Shown here piece after piece: positions 27,290 through 41,158 of a stretch of DNA of 64,000 bases. The stretch's first letter is position 1. Every line of letters starts with the position of its first letter. A program made the translations under genes and the position numbers. The stretch is taken from NCBI GenBank assembly GCA_951406725.2, contig OX597816.1, positions 16,802,001-16,866,000 of the forward strand, given 5' to 3'. The DNA is from Octopus vulgaris. Lineage: Eukaryota. A model generated the notes under the pieces. The model ran no database searches. It was not told the origin of the DNA and saw nothing but the letters and a program-made list of their open reading frames with translations.

Positions 27290-28400
27290 ATGATGACTAT
27301 GGCATCATTTTATGCATATGTCTAAGAGTTGTCGACAATTCCAATGCAGATAGCTTTTGAGAGAGAGCTTGCCAAGACATGTGAGTGTGTCAATGGTTTG
27401 AAGAGTATGATCTTTCATTATAAAAGCAGGTGGTGAAATAATATTCCTTGTGAGGTGCTGGTTGGTACTTCAGTTTTCTTTTTGTACAGATGGTGAGGCC
27501 AAAGTCATAGAAGGCAGAAAAGGACATGTTATACACTGCTGCACCTCAGACTCTGAGCCTGCACCAACGGTCTCTCATGTCTTTCATTTAATGCTAAAGG
27601 CTTTTAGGTAGATCATTAATGTATCTGTGTAGTGCTTGCACTGTCCACTGCCCAAACATTCCACAACTACCAACTCAATGTAGAAACGATATTTTGGAAG
27701 TTATTCATCATCTACTCTGGCGATGTGAGTAGACAAGTGCAACTAGGTCTCACGCAGGAAAGTGGGAATGCATACTAGTCAGTACAAATGCGTTTGGACA
27801 ACTTGGTGTCTGGGAACTTGTGCAGCCAATGAATGTGCAGTATTTTATGACAGACAACTCAGACGAAAATTTGTTAGGCTCCTTTACAAGCCTGCTATAA
27901 ACAGACCATATTTTACAGGATAAAATTTTGAAAAACAACAGCTTTCGTAGACTTTGATCTTGGTTTAGCAGTTGAAGCCCTCACTCATCAAGACATTCTT
28001 ACGAAGTGTACTGAGGTAACGCTGGCTTCGGTATTTCTGCAACTGACTTCAATGTTGTGTTTCTGAAAGGAGTACTGCCAAGGTAGGTGAGTGTTTCAAT
28101 GGTCAGTAGAGCCCAATTTTTGAATGTAGGTGCAAGTACCACATGTTCCTTTTGAGGGAATGGTTAATAACTGGCTTTAGTTTCTGAGCAGATAATGAGG
28201 TCAGATTCATAGAATACAGAGAAGAACCTGTTCATGTGCTGCTGCATCTCAGACTCTGAGTCTGCATTGAGAGCAGTCATTCATAAACAGGAACTCACAC
28301 ACTGTGTCCTCCTCCATCTTAGAGTCATCCAGGAGTCTTTTCAGGTTGAAGAACTTCTCAATTCACAATCATATGGTGAAGCCATCCTCATCTTGAAATC
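27290..28400 (-). mobile_element. RTE (BovB-like) LINE relic, two fragments
   Basis: FFNLKRL...EFLFMNDCS (cf. LFNLRRL...ELLFADDCAL) near 28270-28360; DFGLTI..K..YQPAP near 27450-27510. Confidence 0.8.
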
Positions 28401-28562
28401 CATAAGTTAGCATGAATTAGAACACAATAAGAATTATCCAAATATGCATATTAAAAAAATGACAATAAATCAATAAATATGTTAGTAAACATTCAAATAC
28501 TGATATATTTTTTAATAATTGTCTACTGTAAAATATAGAAGAAATTATAATTATTTTCTGAC

Positions 28563-28785
28563 CTGGATATTGGACAGCCAACAATTCTGTTAAGCATTAC
28601 TGTGGTGTTCATGGTTTCAATATCTTTAACAATGACATTAGTAAAACCTATTACTTCTTCTAGAAGAATGTTCAAGACATGACTGACAATTTGATGCGAT
28701 GCCCTCATGCTGCTCTCAATTACAATTGGAGCTTTATGGTTGTTTGCATTGTTCTGAAAGCTTCGTCGATAACGAGCCATTAAAT
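28563..28785 (-). CDS. Internal coding exon; periplasmic-binding-protein/Venus-flytrap-like N-terminal domain of an invertebrate receptor (Venus kinase receptor or GABA-B-like)
   Basis: ttattttcag acceptor, gtcaga donor, 223 nt, phase 1-2, stop-free: LMARYRRSFQNNANNHKAPIVIESSMRASHQIVSHVLNILLEEVIGFTNVIVKDIETMNTTVMLNRIVGCPIS. The S-H..+..IL+E.+G+..V motif is recognised from memory; family assignment is unverified. Confidence 0.7.
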
Positions 28786-30744
28786 CTGAAAATAAATAGA
28801 AATAATCATGAGAAAATGTTCTACACATTAAGTAGGAAGTACAACTAATAATTAATATCTTATATATCCTTAGGTTTCTTTAACGAAGCATAAATGTTAA
28901 TGCCAGGGAAAACATTAGCAATTGAATAATTAAGTGATAATATGAAAGAAATATATACAAGATAATTAGGCTTCATAAGAAATTAATATGTGAAAAATGC
29001 ACCATTACATAACGTGCAGAATGAAAATAGAATATTGGACAAAGAAATAAGATGTATTAATTAATAAAACTATTATTAGCTTCATCTTAAGAATGTGTAT
29101 TTACAATGTTTATATTTACTCTATACGTGAATCTCTGGCATGCATGCATGTACGTATGTATGTCATTATTCAGTTTATTTCAAAATTTCTTGTCAATACA
29201 GAAAGAACCAGTTTCTAACCTAGATTCAAGGCTCCTTCAATGGAATTTCAACATCAACAACAGGGTATGTTAGTATGTATGTTATGTATGTATGTATGTG
29301 TGTATGTATGTGTGAGTGTGTGTGTATGTGTGTATGTATGTATGTGTGTATGTATGTACAGACAAACAAGATTTGAACTAGGAGCCATTATTTTTAACTC
29401 ATGGAGATGACATTCTTATCCAATGCCATAGGCACCAATGCTTTAACACTACACACTGTAAAGATGAGATTAATAGACCAAAAAATTATAATTGTAATGA
29501 TGTTTCACAATTCATTTTGCTTTTTAAATTTTTGGCAATTGCCAAAAGCCTGAAGTTAGGGAACTGAAATGCATGAGATCCTAAACAAAGTCATAGAATT
29601 AAATCCAACAAAATATTTACATTATCTCCACTAATAAAAATTTTTAACATGTCATATAAAGGAACTTTTCTGGGTTGTTGATGGAGTCTACAATAAAAAA
29701 AAAACAAAGCAAACATACAGCAACAACAACAACAATTGTTATGCTATCATGAATATCATTAAGTTATTTAAAAATAAAAAAAAAAAACCTATACAATATA
29801 AATGGTCACAAATGAAGACCCAATAAAGATTTTGTTTTTCTAAGATGCTGTAAAACAGCTCACAGTTTAGTCCATGAGCAGGAATTTGGGAAGAAGGTTA
29901 ACTTCTAATACATTAGATTCAATTCTACAACAAGAACAAACAAATAATATGATTGATGGATTAGAAAAAATATACATTCTGGTCATGCATCTTTATTCTG
30001 AATAATGCATATTGTGTTTGTATAGATGTACGTGTATATATATTTCCATGTGTCTGGCATATTAATAAATTCATTTTTAGCAATATGCTATGGAATATTT
30101 GCAGATAACATTTCAGAAAAGAAATATTAAACAGATATGGAAAAATGAAGATAATATTTATTGTTATATTGCATTCAAACTAAAATGATAATAAAAGAGA
30201 TAAAATATATAAGAAATTTTTCTGATATACGGGACTTTAAGAGCTAACTATGTGTCCTCTGACATAAAATAAATTACTGTAAAATGTTTTTATAAAGGCA
30301 ATTAAAGCAAGTGCTTAGAATTTTTTCTCTTAGAAGAGCAATGATTTTTTTTTCTTTTGCTTTTAAGAAGCAATATTTCTGTTTATGGTATTAATAGTAC
30401 TACGTTGAAAGAAAAAAAAAGACATTTAGCTCAGTTTAATTTACAAGAAAAATAAATACTATAACAACTCAAAAAGAAGGCGATTATATATAAAAATTGA
30501 TTTCCCAACTGCTTTTTACTCAAAATGTCTGAAATTTTAATGTGGCTGTCAACAACAATTTCAAACAGAAAAAATTGCAGTGAAGAATTGTGATACATGC
30601 TCAGTAACAGAAAATCACCATGATTTATACAATGCTGGTTTTATTTTATTTTTCTAGTTGTTTGATACACACACATACACATGGGAGAAAGCAGGTCTCC
30701 CAGTATGACTCAAACAAAGGGACCAATCAATCTAGTTGACAACA

Positions 30745-31200
30745 TTCTTCTTCTTCTTTAGGTGCCATGTCCAGAATGAAGTTACATAGCCAATCATGGC
30801 CTGTTACAATTCTTCATTCTTTGTTTTCTGTAAGTTCTACTTCTTGATGGAGAAAATGCTAAAATAATTTTATAAAAAACATTTCAGTACCGGTTTCAGT
30901 CACTGAGACTTCTTCAACTGTAAACATGGAAAACAATTAAATTTTGGAAAGATTAAATGAAAAGCGAACCCACAAGTTACATTGAGTGTATGTTCTTGAC
31001 TTCTTTACCATCATATTAACTTCTCTTTGTAACACTGCTCCTGGCATCTCTACACAATCATGTAAAATGTAGGGTAACCACGAATCTCCCCCACAACAAA
31101 CCTTCCTCTAGTCATTTTATCATACAATGACATCTCAACACCACACATGAAATAGCTTTGCAGATTATGGAATTTTTGGTCTTGCTACTTACAATGCAAC
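30745..31200 (-). mobile_element. Possible RTE 3' fragment with (GAA)n tail, interrupted by a hammerhead-bearing segment
   Basis: ggacatggcacctaaagaagaagaag terminus resembles RTE tails; the rest is very decayed. Confidence 0.4.
30882..30923 (-). ncRNA. Minimal type I hammerhead-like motif with variant core
   Basis: Minus: UUUACAG UUGAAGA AGUC-ucagu-GACU GAAA CCGG UA CUGAAA. Palindromic ACCGGU stem III; core C3 replaced by U. Confidence 0.6.
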
Positions 31201-31220
31201 ATTACTAGTGTTGGTACCAT

Positions 31221-31650
31221 CTCTTTTACTTGTTTACTTGTTTCAGTCATTTCATGAAAGGCTGGAGTACCATTTTAGTCAAGCAAATCAGCCCCAGGAC
31301 TTATTCTTTGCAAGCCTAGTACTTATTCTATCAGTCTCTTTTGATGAACCACTAAGTTACAGGGACGTAAACACACCAGCATCAGTTGTCAAGTGATGTT
31401 GCGGGGGACAAACACAGACACACAAAGATATACACACACACACATACCTATCTATCTATCTATCTATCTATATATATATATATATACCATGGGCTTCTTT
31501 CAGTTCCGGTCTACCAAATCCACTGACAAGGCTTTGGTCAGCCTGAGGCTATAGTAGAAGACACTTGCCCAAGGTGCCACACAGTGGGACTGAACCTGGA
31601 AGCATGTGGTTGGTAAGCAAGCTACTTACCACACAACCACTCCTACGCTT
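31221..31650 (-). mobile_element. SINE family A
   Basis: Homology to other A copies. Confidence 0.9.
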
Positions 31651-33104
31651 GAAGAAAAAAGAAACAAACACCCACTACAATCTGTAAAGTGACTGGCATT
31701 GGGAAGAACATTGAACAATAGAAGCTGAAGCAAAACTGAGACATTGGGCCAAAACATTGTCTTACACTCTGTTGAATTCTTCAAACTATCCAAGCCATGG
31801 AAAGCAGATGTAAAATTCATAACACACACACACACACAACATAAATATACCTATATATATCCAAGTGATGGCTGGTGATGTATTCATAGATGTTATGGTG
31901 AGGAATATGGCACAAGTGAATGCAAAGACCCAGTCTTCAATGATGTGAATGTACTAATCACAAATAATAAAAAATAATGAACTGATAAAATACAATAATT
32001 TTTGTTGTGAATTTATAAACTTTTTACACACCAGGACAAAATTTGTTTTAATGTTTACACAAAATTATTGTACTGAATATATTTCAATAAATAAAACATA
32101 TTGAAATCATTGAAAGAAACTCTTGGAAAAATGAAATACAGTTTGCTAGTATTAGATATTTGATTAATGTAACTCTTTCAAAGCTAATACACTTTCAACT
32201 GTTTTTATAAACCTTACAATATTGAAAGTAAATAAAAACTTTTCACATGATTTTGATTTGGAAGAGAAAATATTAAAAAAATTTATTAAAAAAAATCTCC
32301 AGTAAAAATCCATCATGATATAAAGATTATAGTCGAACTGATCATTATTATTAAAAATGTTAATGATATACATGTAAATAATAACTTCTATCAAATGGAA
32401 ATACAGAATGAGTTGAAGAAGAAGCCTTCTCTTTTAGACAGAGGAGTATTTCAATCAATAATGCTGGAAAGTATCTGCAGTAGTAAAAATATCTTGCATT
32501 GGAGAGTAAAGGAAATCTTTTGTTCTTAATGATTGAATAGAAAACATTATTGCGTACCGAAGTAGTCACATAAATAAACAGTTCAGCTAACACTTGAATG
32601 TATGGGCATCTAAGATCTTTAGAAGTAGTGTATTCAAATACAAACATTTAAGGTTATATCATTGGTAAATAATATTAAGCCTCTCACTTTCACTTTCTCT
32701 CTCTCTCTCTTTTTCTATTTCTATGTCAGTATATAATACATACACACATACACAAATACACACACACAAACACACACACACACACACACAGAGTTTAAAT
32801 AAAATTATTTTTCGTCTGTTTATAGAGAGAAAAATATAGCTGCAAGAATTCTCTTCTCTTAACATATGAAATATGTCTGGCAAGATGTTTATATAGTTAG
32901 AATTATCAATGAAAAAATTGTTAGAAGTAATATTTTTTCAGAATTATTTACTAAAGTTAAACAAACAGTGTTGGATATTCTCTCTGGTATACTTTCAGAA
33001 AAGCAGTAAACAATCTGTAATGGTATAGAATATTTTTAAAATATAAAATACTTTGAAAAACACTTCGTTATAAAACACTACTAAAGAAAATTCACAATTT
33101 ACTC

Positions 33105-33460
33105 TGAGGTTGGTGCAGAAATAAATACACTTTTTGTCGTTTGAAGCTTATTTTAGAGCAAACTTTTATTTAACTATATGCAGCTTACCATTTTGAAGCA
33201 TAGATTTTTGGCTATTGATTTATGTAAATGATTAGCTTCTCTATTTATTCTTGTTTATTCAAGTGATTTTATTGTATAAGTTCAATATAAAGTGCAAAGC
33301 TGCAGAAACTGGTGACAATATCAACCAAACTTTTTGCTTGAAGACTATCAATAATCTACTGCTCAACATTGATTCCAAAACTTTTGTAGTGGAAACAATA
33401 GCCTTGAAGATGAGGAAGATCAAGGTTAAGCTTATACAATTGATAACAGCCAAATGCTTT
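33105..33460 (+). mobile_element. mariner 5' fragment
   Basis: TIR-like aggttggtgcagaaataa; IQVILLYKFN..KAAETGDNINQTF, then shifted FQNFCSGNNSLEDEE (mariner HTH region). Confidence 0.8.
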
Positions 33461-35620
33461 CCTTAATTTGAAACTTCTCGCAAATAAAGAATGGTTACTA
33501 GTTTTAGTCAACATAATGCAAATTTATACAACTATTCCATTATCGCTGCTTTTTATCTAATTCAATCCATATTTTCAAATTAACTTAAAATAGTCAAAGA
33601 ATACGATAACTTAATGGTAAACTGTAGAATCTTGGTGAGCCATAATAAAGAATTGCTGTATTCTATTAGTTGCAACTCACAACACTTTAGTAGTTTCCTG
33701 GATAACACAATAAAAAAACAGAATAACTGCATTGCAATAGTAGATTAAGTTTTGATACGAAACAATTCCAATCATAGAGATTCCCTGGTAAATGTTATTA
33801 TTGTCTCCAAGATAAAATCTATGCATGAATATTTTATAAAATGGAATGCAAAGCAGAATTTCATATCAGTAATTTATAATATTTCTCTAAAATGTTTCAA
33901 CAGGGGATATTAGAAAACTCTAAACTTACAACATCATGATTATTTTTGAAAAATAGTTAACATATTTTACAGTGTACTCCTTAAATCCTATCAAAACCCG
34001 CAGAGTTCCTTGAGACCTAGCAGCACCCAATTCTTAAGAAGGAGGTGAATGTTATCAAGATCTCCAAACTCAATGAAACACTTCAACAGAAGTTACAACA
34101 TTTAATTTTACACCTGATGAGTCAAGGACAGGTTCTTAAATAAAGTCAAAGAACAAGATGAATGGGTTAAAAAAATTCAGGTGTAACAATGATAAAAATG
34201 CTACGGGAAAGAGTTGACTCTTTGACATATGATGTACAGAGTATACAAATACAAAGAGAAATAAGTGCAATACACAATATGTTAGGTGAAATTTCAGACA
34301 AGAGGAACCAATACTGGTATTTTCAAAAATATCACTTTTGCAACAAATGAATATGCCTAAATGATTATATATGTCTGATAGACAGTAATAATAAACCAAA
34401 ATTGATAGTTATAAATCTATTGAGAATTGAATGGTAATTTTGTACAATATTTGGTTCAGATTTTACACAAATTATTTTCTATGTATCAAATACCGTCTGT
34501 TGTAGAAGATGGGTTTCTTCAATGGCACAAGTAACTGTATATTATTTCTTTTAACTAGTCTTGTGCTGACATAAATTGGTCAATTTCGCAACATATTTAA
34601 TTTCTTTAAATACTGATTTAACAACAGCTCACAACATGGCACTGTCTAATTCAAATCCATATAACCATTCTGCATTATTCATCTTAAAATTCAAGTCTTG
34701 GTGTTAATATTTATATGAACAATTTTAAAATCTAAATGTGTGTGATTTTCATCAAAATAGTCAAATTCAGGTATAAACAATGGAACCCAAATAATAAAAA
34801 TTTTCTCATCATCCCTGGCTTTATGCATCAATTTATAAATTTTTCAAATTATCTTTTAATCAAAAGTTATTTTGTCATGCACTGGAAAGCAGATACATAG
34901 ATACATATTAACAGAGGAATTGTTATACTCAAGTAATAGATTCTAGCATATTAGTTTTAAATAAAGTTGAGTCAAAGGTAACTTAAAATCGGAATGTAAA
35001 AAGATGTAACTAAATATCACGAGGTATTTAGTCTAACATACACCATTTCTGCCCACCATTAGTCTAGCTTATATTTATAACAAAAACAGAATTGGTAAAA
35101 TCAATAGAGCATCAGACAAAAAAATCTGTGATATTTAGTTACAGCCCTTTGTATAGTGAGTTTTACTCCTGACATAGTGAACTTAACCTTTCACTTTTTT
35201 ATGATCAATAAAATAAAGTACCAATCAATTACTGGAGTCAATATATTCACTATAACACTGGCCCAAAATTTGTTACATTGTGCATATATTAGAAATCAAT
35301 GACAATAGGTTTAGGTTTTTTTGCATCTACTTTGATGACATATTGCAAGTAATGACCTAGATTTCATTTGTTGCAATTCTCAACACCCTAATCTAATATT
35401 ATATATATATATATACATACACACACAGTAGGATCTCACATATGTAAAACAGTGAGTTGTAAAACTATTATTAACTGAGATTATCAAAGTACTTAGTAGG
35501 CAAATCTCCCTTTATGACTGTTTCAAACCTAAAATCAATGGAATAACTAAAATACATTCAGTTAATCAAAACTTTTGAGGAAAGGATAAAAATACTCTGT
35601 GATTATGATTTTATTTTTAA

Positions 35621-35800
35621 CCCTTTTGATGCCATCTCCCTGTTTCAAAGTTATATGAATTAAAAGCTTCTATCAGAATTTAATGTTCATTTATTTTCCC
35701 AACAATAGGTTAATAATAAAAAAGTCATTTTATAAATTTCTTCATTATTTTCAAAATGAACTGAAATAAAATATATTTCAACAGAATTTTAACACAAAGG
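35621..35800. mobile_element. Diverged piggyBac-type MITE
   Basis: TTAA-CCCTTTTGAT...AAAGG-TTAA; weak internal similarity to 11171-11390. Confidence 0.6.
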
Positions 35801-36399
35801 TTAAAGTCGGCCAGTGAAAGCAAATGATGTTTCAGTGTTATTAGACCTTTTCAGCAAAATATATTCTAGTTAACTACAAGACACAGAATTTACTAGTATT
35901 TACTGAAGCTGTCAAACAAATTAAACTGTACATCTCAGATTACTTCTTATAGCTTTCTTTCTTTTATTTTCAAGACAAACCTATCTTTAAGATAAATTCT
36001 GTCTGTTAGGTCTATGAAGTTGATTTACAGTCTATGATATGGCTGCTTATGTTTAACTTGCACTGACTTAGTAAATGGACAAATATTTAACACATCTATC
36101 AGATTTCCTTTCTCTGTTTCTTTTGGTGGCGGTGAGAGTTTAGTTACAGAGAGATTTATGTAAATTGTAAAAGGATTTAGTAGAGCCAGTTAATGCAGAA
36201 GTGAATAAGCCAACATTATAAATGAGAAATACTTTCTTTCAACAAATGTAAATGCTGAGAAATGTCAATTTTGTTTTTAGAGAGATCATTCTTTGACAAG
36301 ACAGATAGATGCACATCAAAAGTTAATGAACCGAATCTAAACTGAGATAGCAATCTGTAGTGCCGTACAATGTTTACATTGTATAAACTTCATGTTTCA

Positions 36400-37050
36400 T
36401 GTGTCATGTGAAAGCATTTGAAATCCAATTGACCAGTCTCCTCCAAGCTTCCCTGTCCTCCATCAACTCTGTAACACTTATTTTCAAGGTTGCTGTCCTC
36501 CAGCATCTATTACCCGTATATTCAACAATGTATCTTCTTTTACTATGTACTGGTTTCCATAACAATAATTCACATACAACTTCATCATCATTTTGTTGCA
36601 AACGTTCCACAAGCTTAAGCCTACATTGTCGGATGGTTTTTTTTCTTTTTAAGAACAGCATATTTCCATAAAATGCACTATTTGCTAAATATTGCTTCCA
36701 GGAAATGTTCTTCAACTTCCTTAACATCTTAGTATAACCTGCTTTCTATTACTTTTGTAAGTGTCCAGTACTTAGATCCATATATCAGTACGCTTTCTAC
36801 TGAAAATCCAAAAGAAAAAAAAATATACTTTGAAGTCATTCCCATAGATTTCTTTCCCATATTGTGGACATCTTGTGAATTGCTGACCATGTTGATTCAG
36901 TTCTTCACTTATCTCTCTCTCTGGGCTTTCTATCCCTGATCCCAGATATTTGAAGTCATTTACACATTTCAAGTTTGAAACCCTTTGATGATTCAATGTG
37001 CTCTTTTAGTTGATTGAAAACCATAAACTTGGTCTTATAATCATTGACTT
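36400..37050 (-). mobile_element. RTE/RTE-X LINE relic, 3' part of ORF
   Basis: VNDFKYLGS, MLRKLKNISWKQ, LLLWKP, LMEDREAWRRLV. Confidence 0.85.
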
Positions 37051-37550
37051 CTTATTGGGGTATATTTAAAGAATTTGTGTAAATTACTTATAAGATTTGT
37101 TGTCCAGAATTACTACAGGCTTTTCCTCATCTGAAAATTCTATGAAAGAAAGTGGGATCACATGATATACTTGTGATTGCTCCCTAATTCATCTCAGTTG
37201 ATGTGATGAGCTAGGTTGATAGAGATGATGTGAAGGAATAGCAATAATGTTACGTTTGAGAGAAATATATGCTTAGATAATATAAATTAACTTAGCCACA
37301 ATAAACCTGAGAACCATCACCAGAATATGAGCATGAGACAACCACACTATCACTCAACTTGTCAAATGGAGATTTATCACTAATGACTGAACAAGAGACC
37401 AATCATACATTAAAACATCACTCATGTGCATGCACATATGCACACACTTATATAAATTTAGTTGAATGAAACCAATGCTTGTGACTAATAGTAATTTCTC
37501 TCTAACTACTAATACACTGTGCTGTGTGTGCATGCATGTGTGTGGATGTA

Positions 37551-38450
37551 CGTGGTCTGATCAATAAGTATATGGACTGTTGCCATAGTAATCAAGCCAA
37601 AGCATGCAGAATAAAGCCACTTAGCACTGATTGACCTTGAACTATGCTCTGCATGTATGCTAAGTTTTCAAGTTCTAGCTCACTTCTGCTGTTTACAGCA
37701 GTGCTTGGAAGGAAGGTGTGTAGCGTGTGATTGTTGCATTGACCATGACAGAGACAGCTGAGCAGAGAATCTGCATCAAATTTTGCTAAAAGCTAGGCAA
37801 TAACTGCTTAGAGGCCTATGCAAAGTTTTCGAAAAGTTTTCATTGTTCTCAACACAATGAAGGAGAGATCTTGTGCAATTAAAGCCCAAGTGTCTTTTTG
37901 GTCAGCTGAAAGCAGTTTTGACACAAACTTGGCAGACTCGCGTCTCATACCCAAGTATTCAGTGATAATGGACTAAACTGAACTGTAACTAATCTATAAC
38001 CATACTCTGACAACTCACGGATGGTGATTTGACAATTTCCCCTCACAGATTCACATACATCTGTGATGTTCCTCTCAATTCTGCTGGTTGCGGATCTCCC
38101 AGAATGTTTGTCAATATTGACATTTTTTTCGGCCATCTTGGAAACGTCTGAACCACTCGTACACTTGTGTGCAGCTCATATACTCCTCTCTATACACTTT
38201 CTGCAACTTTACATAGGCCTCTGAGCAGGTATCACCATGACAACTTTCTCTGTCATGGTCAATGTGACAATCACACACTACACACCTTCCTTCCAAGCAC
38301 TGCTGTAAACAGCAGAAGTGAGCTAGAACGTTAAAACTTAGTGCACATGCACAGCAGGGTTCAAGGTGAATCTGTGCTAAGCGGTTTCACTCTGCATGCT
38401 TTGACTTTGTTACTATGATAACAGTCCGGATTCTTATTGATCAGACCTGG
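37551..38450. mobile_element. mariner-derived fold-back element built from two inverted 5' ends
   Basis: TA on both flanks; ends cgtggtctgatcaataag / cttattgatcagacctgg; inverted arms of ~250-280 bp. Both arms run into the transposase N-terminus (EQRICIKFC; VYEWFRRFQDGR). Confidence 0.9.
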
Positions 38451-40469
38451 TACTCAGACCAGAATTAAACCCACAAACTTTAATTATTAGTATAATACTC
38501 TTCTTGTAAAAGAAGATAATGGAATTGAAATCTGTGTTAAAAATAAAGGCCCAGCATTTATATTTTATTCTAAACTATGCATACACTGAAATATGATACT
38601 AAATGACAACTACAGAATTTACTGATCAGAATTTAGTGTACTTTGACTAACAAACTCTAAGGTTAACACTAAGTCATTTTTTAAAGATCTTATTAATAAT
38701 TCATCTCAGGACTTCATATATGTTAGACACCATTAACAAAAATGAATATTACAATTATACTTTTGAATAAGGAAATAGAAAATATGACTACTTTTGAAAG
38801 AATGATAATTTCGTTAAAACCAAACAGGATATTCAATAAAATATTCAGTGTATATTTAAAATTAAATTAACATGTCTATCCACAAATATATCAAATTTAA
38901 TTTGACATTTCATAATGTAAGCTAGTTAATTTAAATTTAATAAAATAATTTTATGACCGAGATATTTGAGAGAAAGTAGATGAACATTTTCATTGATGAG
39001 TGTATATAGATTATTTTTATGTAAAAGAGAATTTAATCTATTAAATGATATGTAAAACATCCTCATCATAACAATTACTCTATTTATTGATTTAATATCA
39101 GTGGTGGATATCTATTTGTCTTGATCTGCTAACATTTTCTCTGTGTGACCAACATTTCTCAGATGATTCTCTTAATTAGCCACACCTACTTTATCTTTAC
39201 TGCAGTTACTTTTATTATTAAACATCTAAGTTTCTCTTTTTTTCTTTTTTTTCACCTAGCAAGTATCATCCATTAACATTAGATCTGAATGCAAGTTTAG
39301 TCTTTGTGTATATATTGATAAACACAACAGATGTTTTGATTAATATGTAAAAGACTATATTTGGTAACTCCTCTATAACAATTGCAGTCTCTAACTTAAT
39401 ACCCATCTGTCTTCACACTGCATGTACAAATGCCTCAAAGTATGGCCTTCATAAAGTTTCGTGTATATTAATAGGAGCAGTTTTTCCACATTATTTTCCC
39501 TCAGATAGAAATGCACCAGAAAAAAGATAAATGATAGTACAATGAAAATTAAGAGATCAACACTTTAAATATTTAAATGGCTACTCCACTGCAAACACTT
39601 GTGTGATATCTTAAAAGGCAGAACAAATCAAGAGGCTTAAAAACAGGAGGTTATCCATCTGTTTACTAAATTCCTTCTTGAGGTTATTATTGCTTGTACT
39701 AACCTCATATTCAGCACTCTTAGGAATTACCTAATTAATATGGAGTACTCTGGAGATGATTTAATGAATCAGTAACTAAATCTCTCTCAGATTACATGCT
39801 CCCAGCTTAAATCAAGCAGGATACGCTGGATAATATAGTCTCTGATATAAGAAAGATAAGATGTCTCATACACAATTAATTTATATGTCTGCTTGATTAG
39901 AATTGGCTCGAGGCTAAACAACAACAACATGACAACACACTTAAGTCACTTTTCACACATATTTGTCCTCCAGTTTATCAGACTTTAGTGTATGACATAT
40001 AACAGTTATCTGGGTAAGAACAATATAATAGTGAAAATGCTTCAGAGGGCACATCCTACATGCTACTTAAAAATGCTATTGGGTTTCACATATGCAATAT
40101 AATGTAATGCAAACATGCCTAAAAGGAGTTTTTAGCAATTAATTGTGTAAATAATCTCAGTTAAGTTTTTGCAGTTTACTACAAAACATATGTGGGATTA
40201 TCATGCTTTATCTCGGTACATCAGTACAAAAGGAAGTTATTTGCAACTAATCAAGAAGATTTTTTTTAGCATCTGTGTTTCTACTTCGTTATAAATTGAA
40301 GTTGTTTTGTATGCAAACCAAATTTTACCTGTTCCATATTCCTTGTAACTACTTCCATTCTTCTCTTACTTATTGCTTGTTGTCATGAATCAGTTAATGA
40401 TAATGAAGTTATATCAATAACTGCATATATTATTATACTAGTAATATCAACAATTACTGATATATATTA

Positions 40470-40693
40470 CAACTGTCGGAGCACTGCCTCCTTCAAAACT
40501 TCCATGCTTCCTGAGATTCACCAACACTACACCTGATTTCCCCCCCGCCATATACACACAAGCATGTATCTGACTCATACACTGTTCGCTTTCCAGACAT
40601 TTGTACATTACTGCATATACTTTATATGCACTTTTTGACAAGTTGTGGTGCACCTGAGCACTGTATACAATAATTTCATTATTATTATTATTA
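40470..40693 (+). mobile_element. CR1-like LINE extreme 3' end
   Basis: CRSTASFKTSMLPEIHQHYT*, then a short UTR and (ATT)n tail. Confidence 0.6.
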
Positions 40694-40943
40694 TATTTTA
40701 TATGGTCTACCACTAAGAGCTGTGGATTGACAAAATCAGAAGACTGTCATATCATATGAAATCACCTGCAATATTTATTTATATTTTGAATCCTCAGCAA
40801 GGATGCCTATGGGTTCTAATCCTATATACCCTTCTGCCAAAATTAGCTGCTATTGTGCTTGTGTTTGATACTATTATTTTAATTATTGCAAAAGACCTGA
40901 AAATTCTATTTAAAAAAACCTATAAAATTATACAATGCTTTAA

Positions 40944-41158
40944 CACTTTCATTACCGTATTTATTTTGAGATGTTCTGAGTTTCTTTCAATTACTTTAAA
41001 TATAACAAAGAATTTAGTAAAATAACTTAGTTATCATTAAGCTAGTGTTAGGAACATAAGTTGTGACTAAGGTTTGGTGGAAGATTTTAATTCAAAACTT
41101 ATGAAAACAAGACATTTGTACGCCAGAGCCGGTTTCAGCCGGGTTGGTAACAAAAGGG
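40944..41158. mobile_element. piggyBac-type MITE
   Basis: TTAA flanks; reverse-complement match to 11171-11390. Confidence 0.88.

Noticed and set aside
29165-29270. Hammerhead-like minus-strand motif (AUUGAAGG agcct..aggtt A GAAA CUGG UU)
   Set aside because: The core departs from CUGANGA and there is no convincing stem I. It may be a degenerate member of the same class, but this copy alone does not support a call.
32360-32647. 95-aa ORF with an FPLLS motif reminiscent of a hAT dimerisation domain
   Set aside because: A single weak motif with no other transposase signal.
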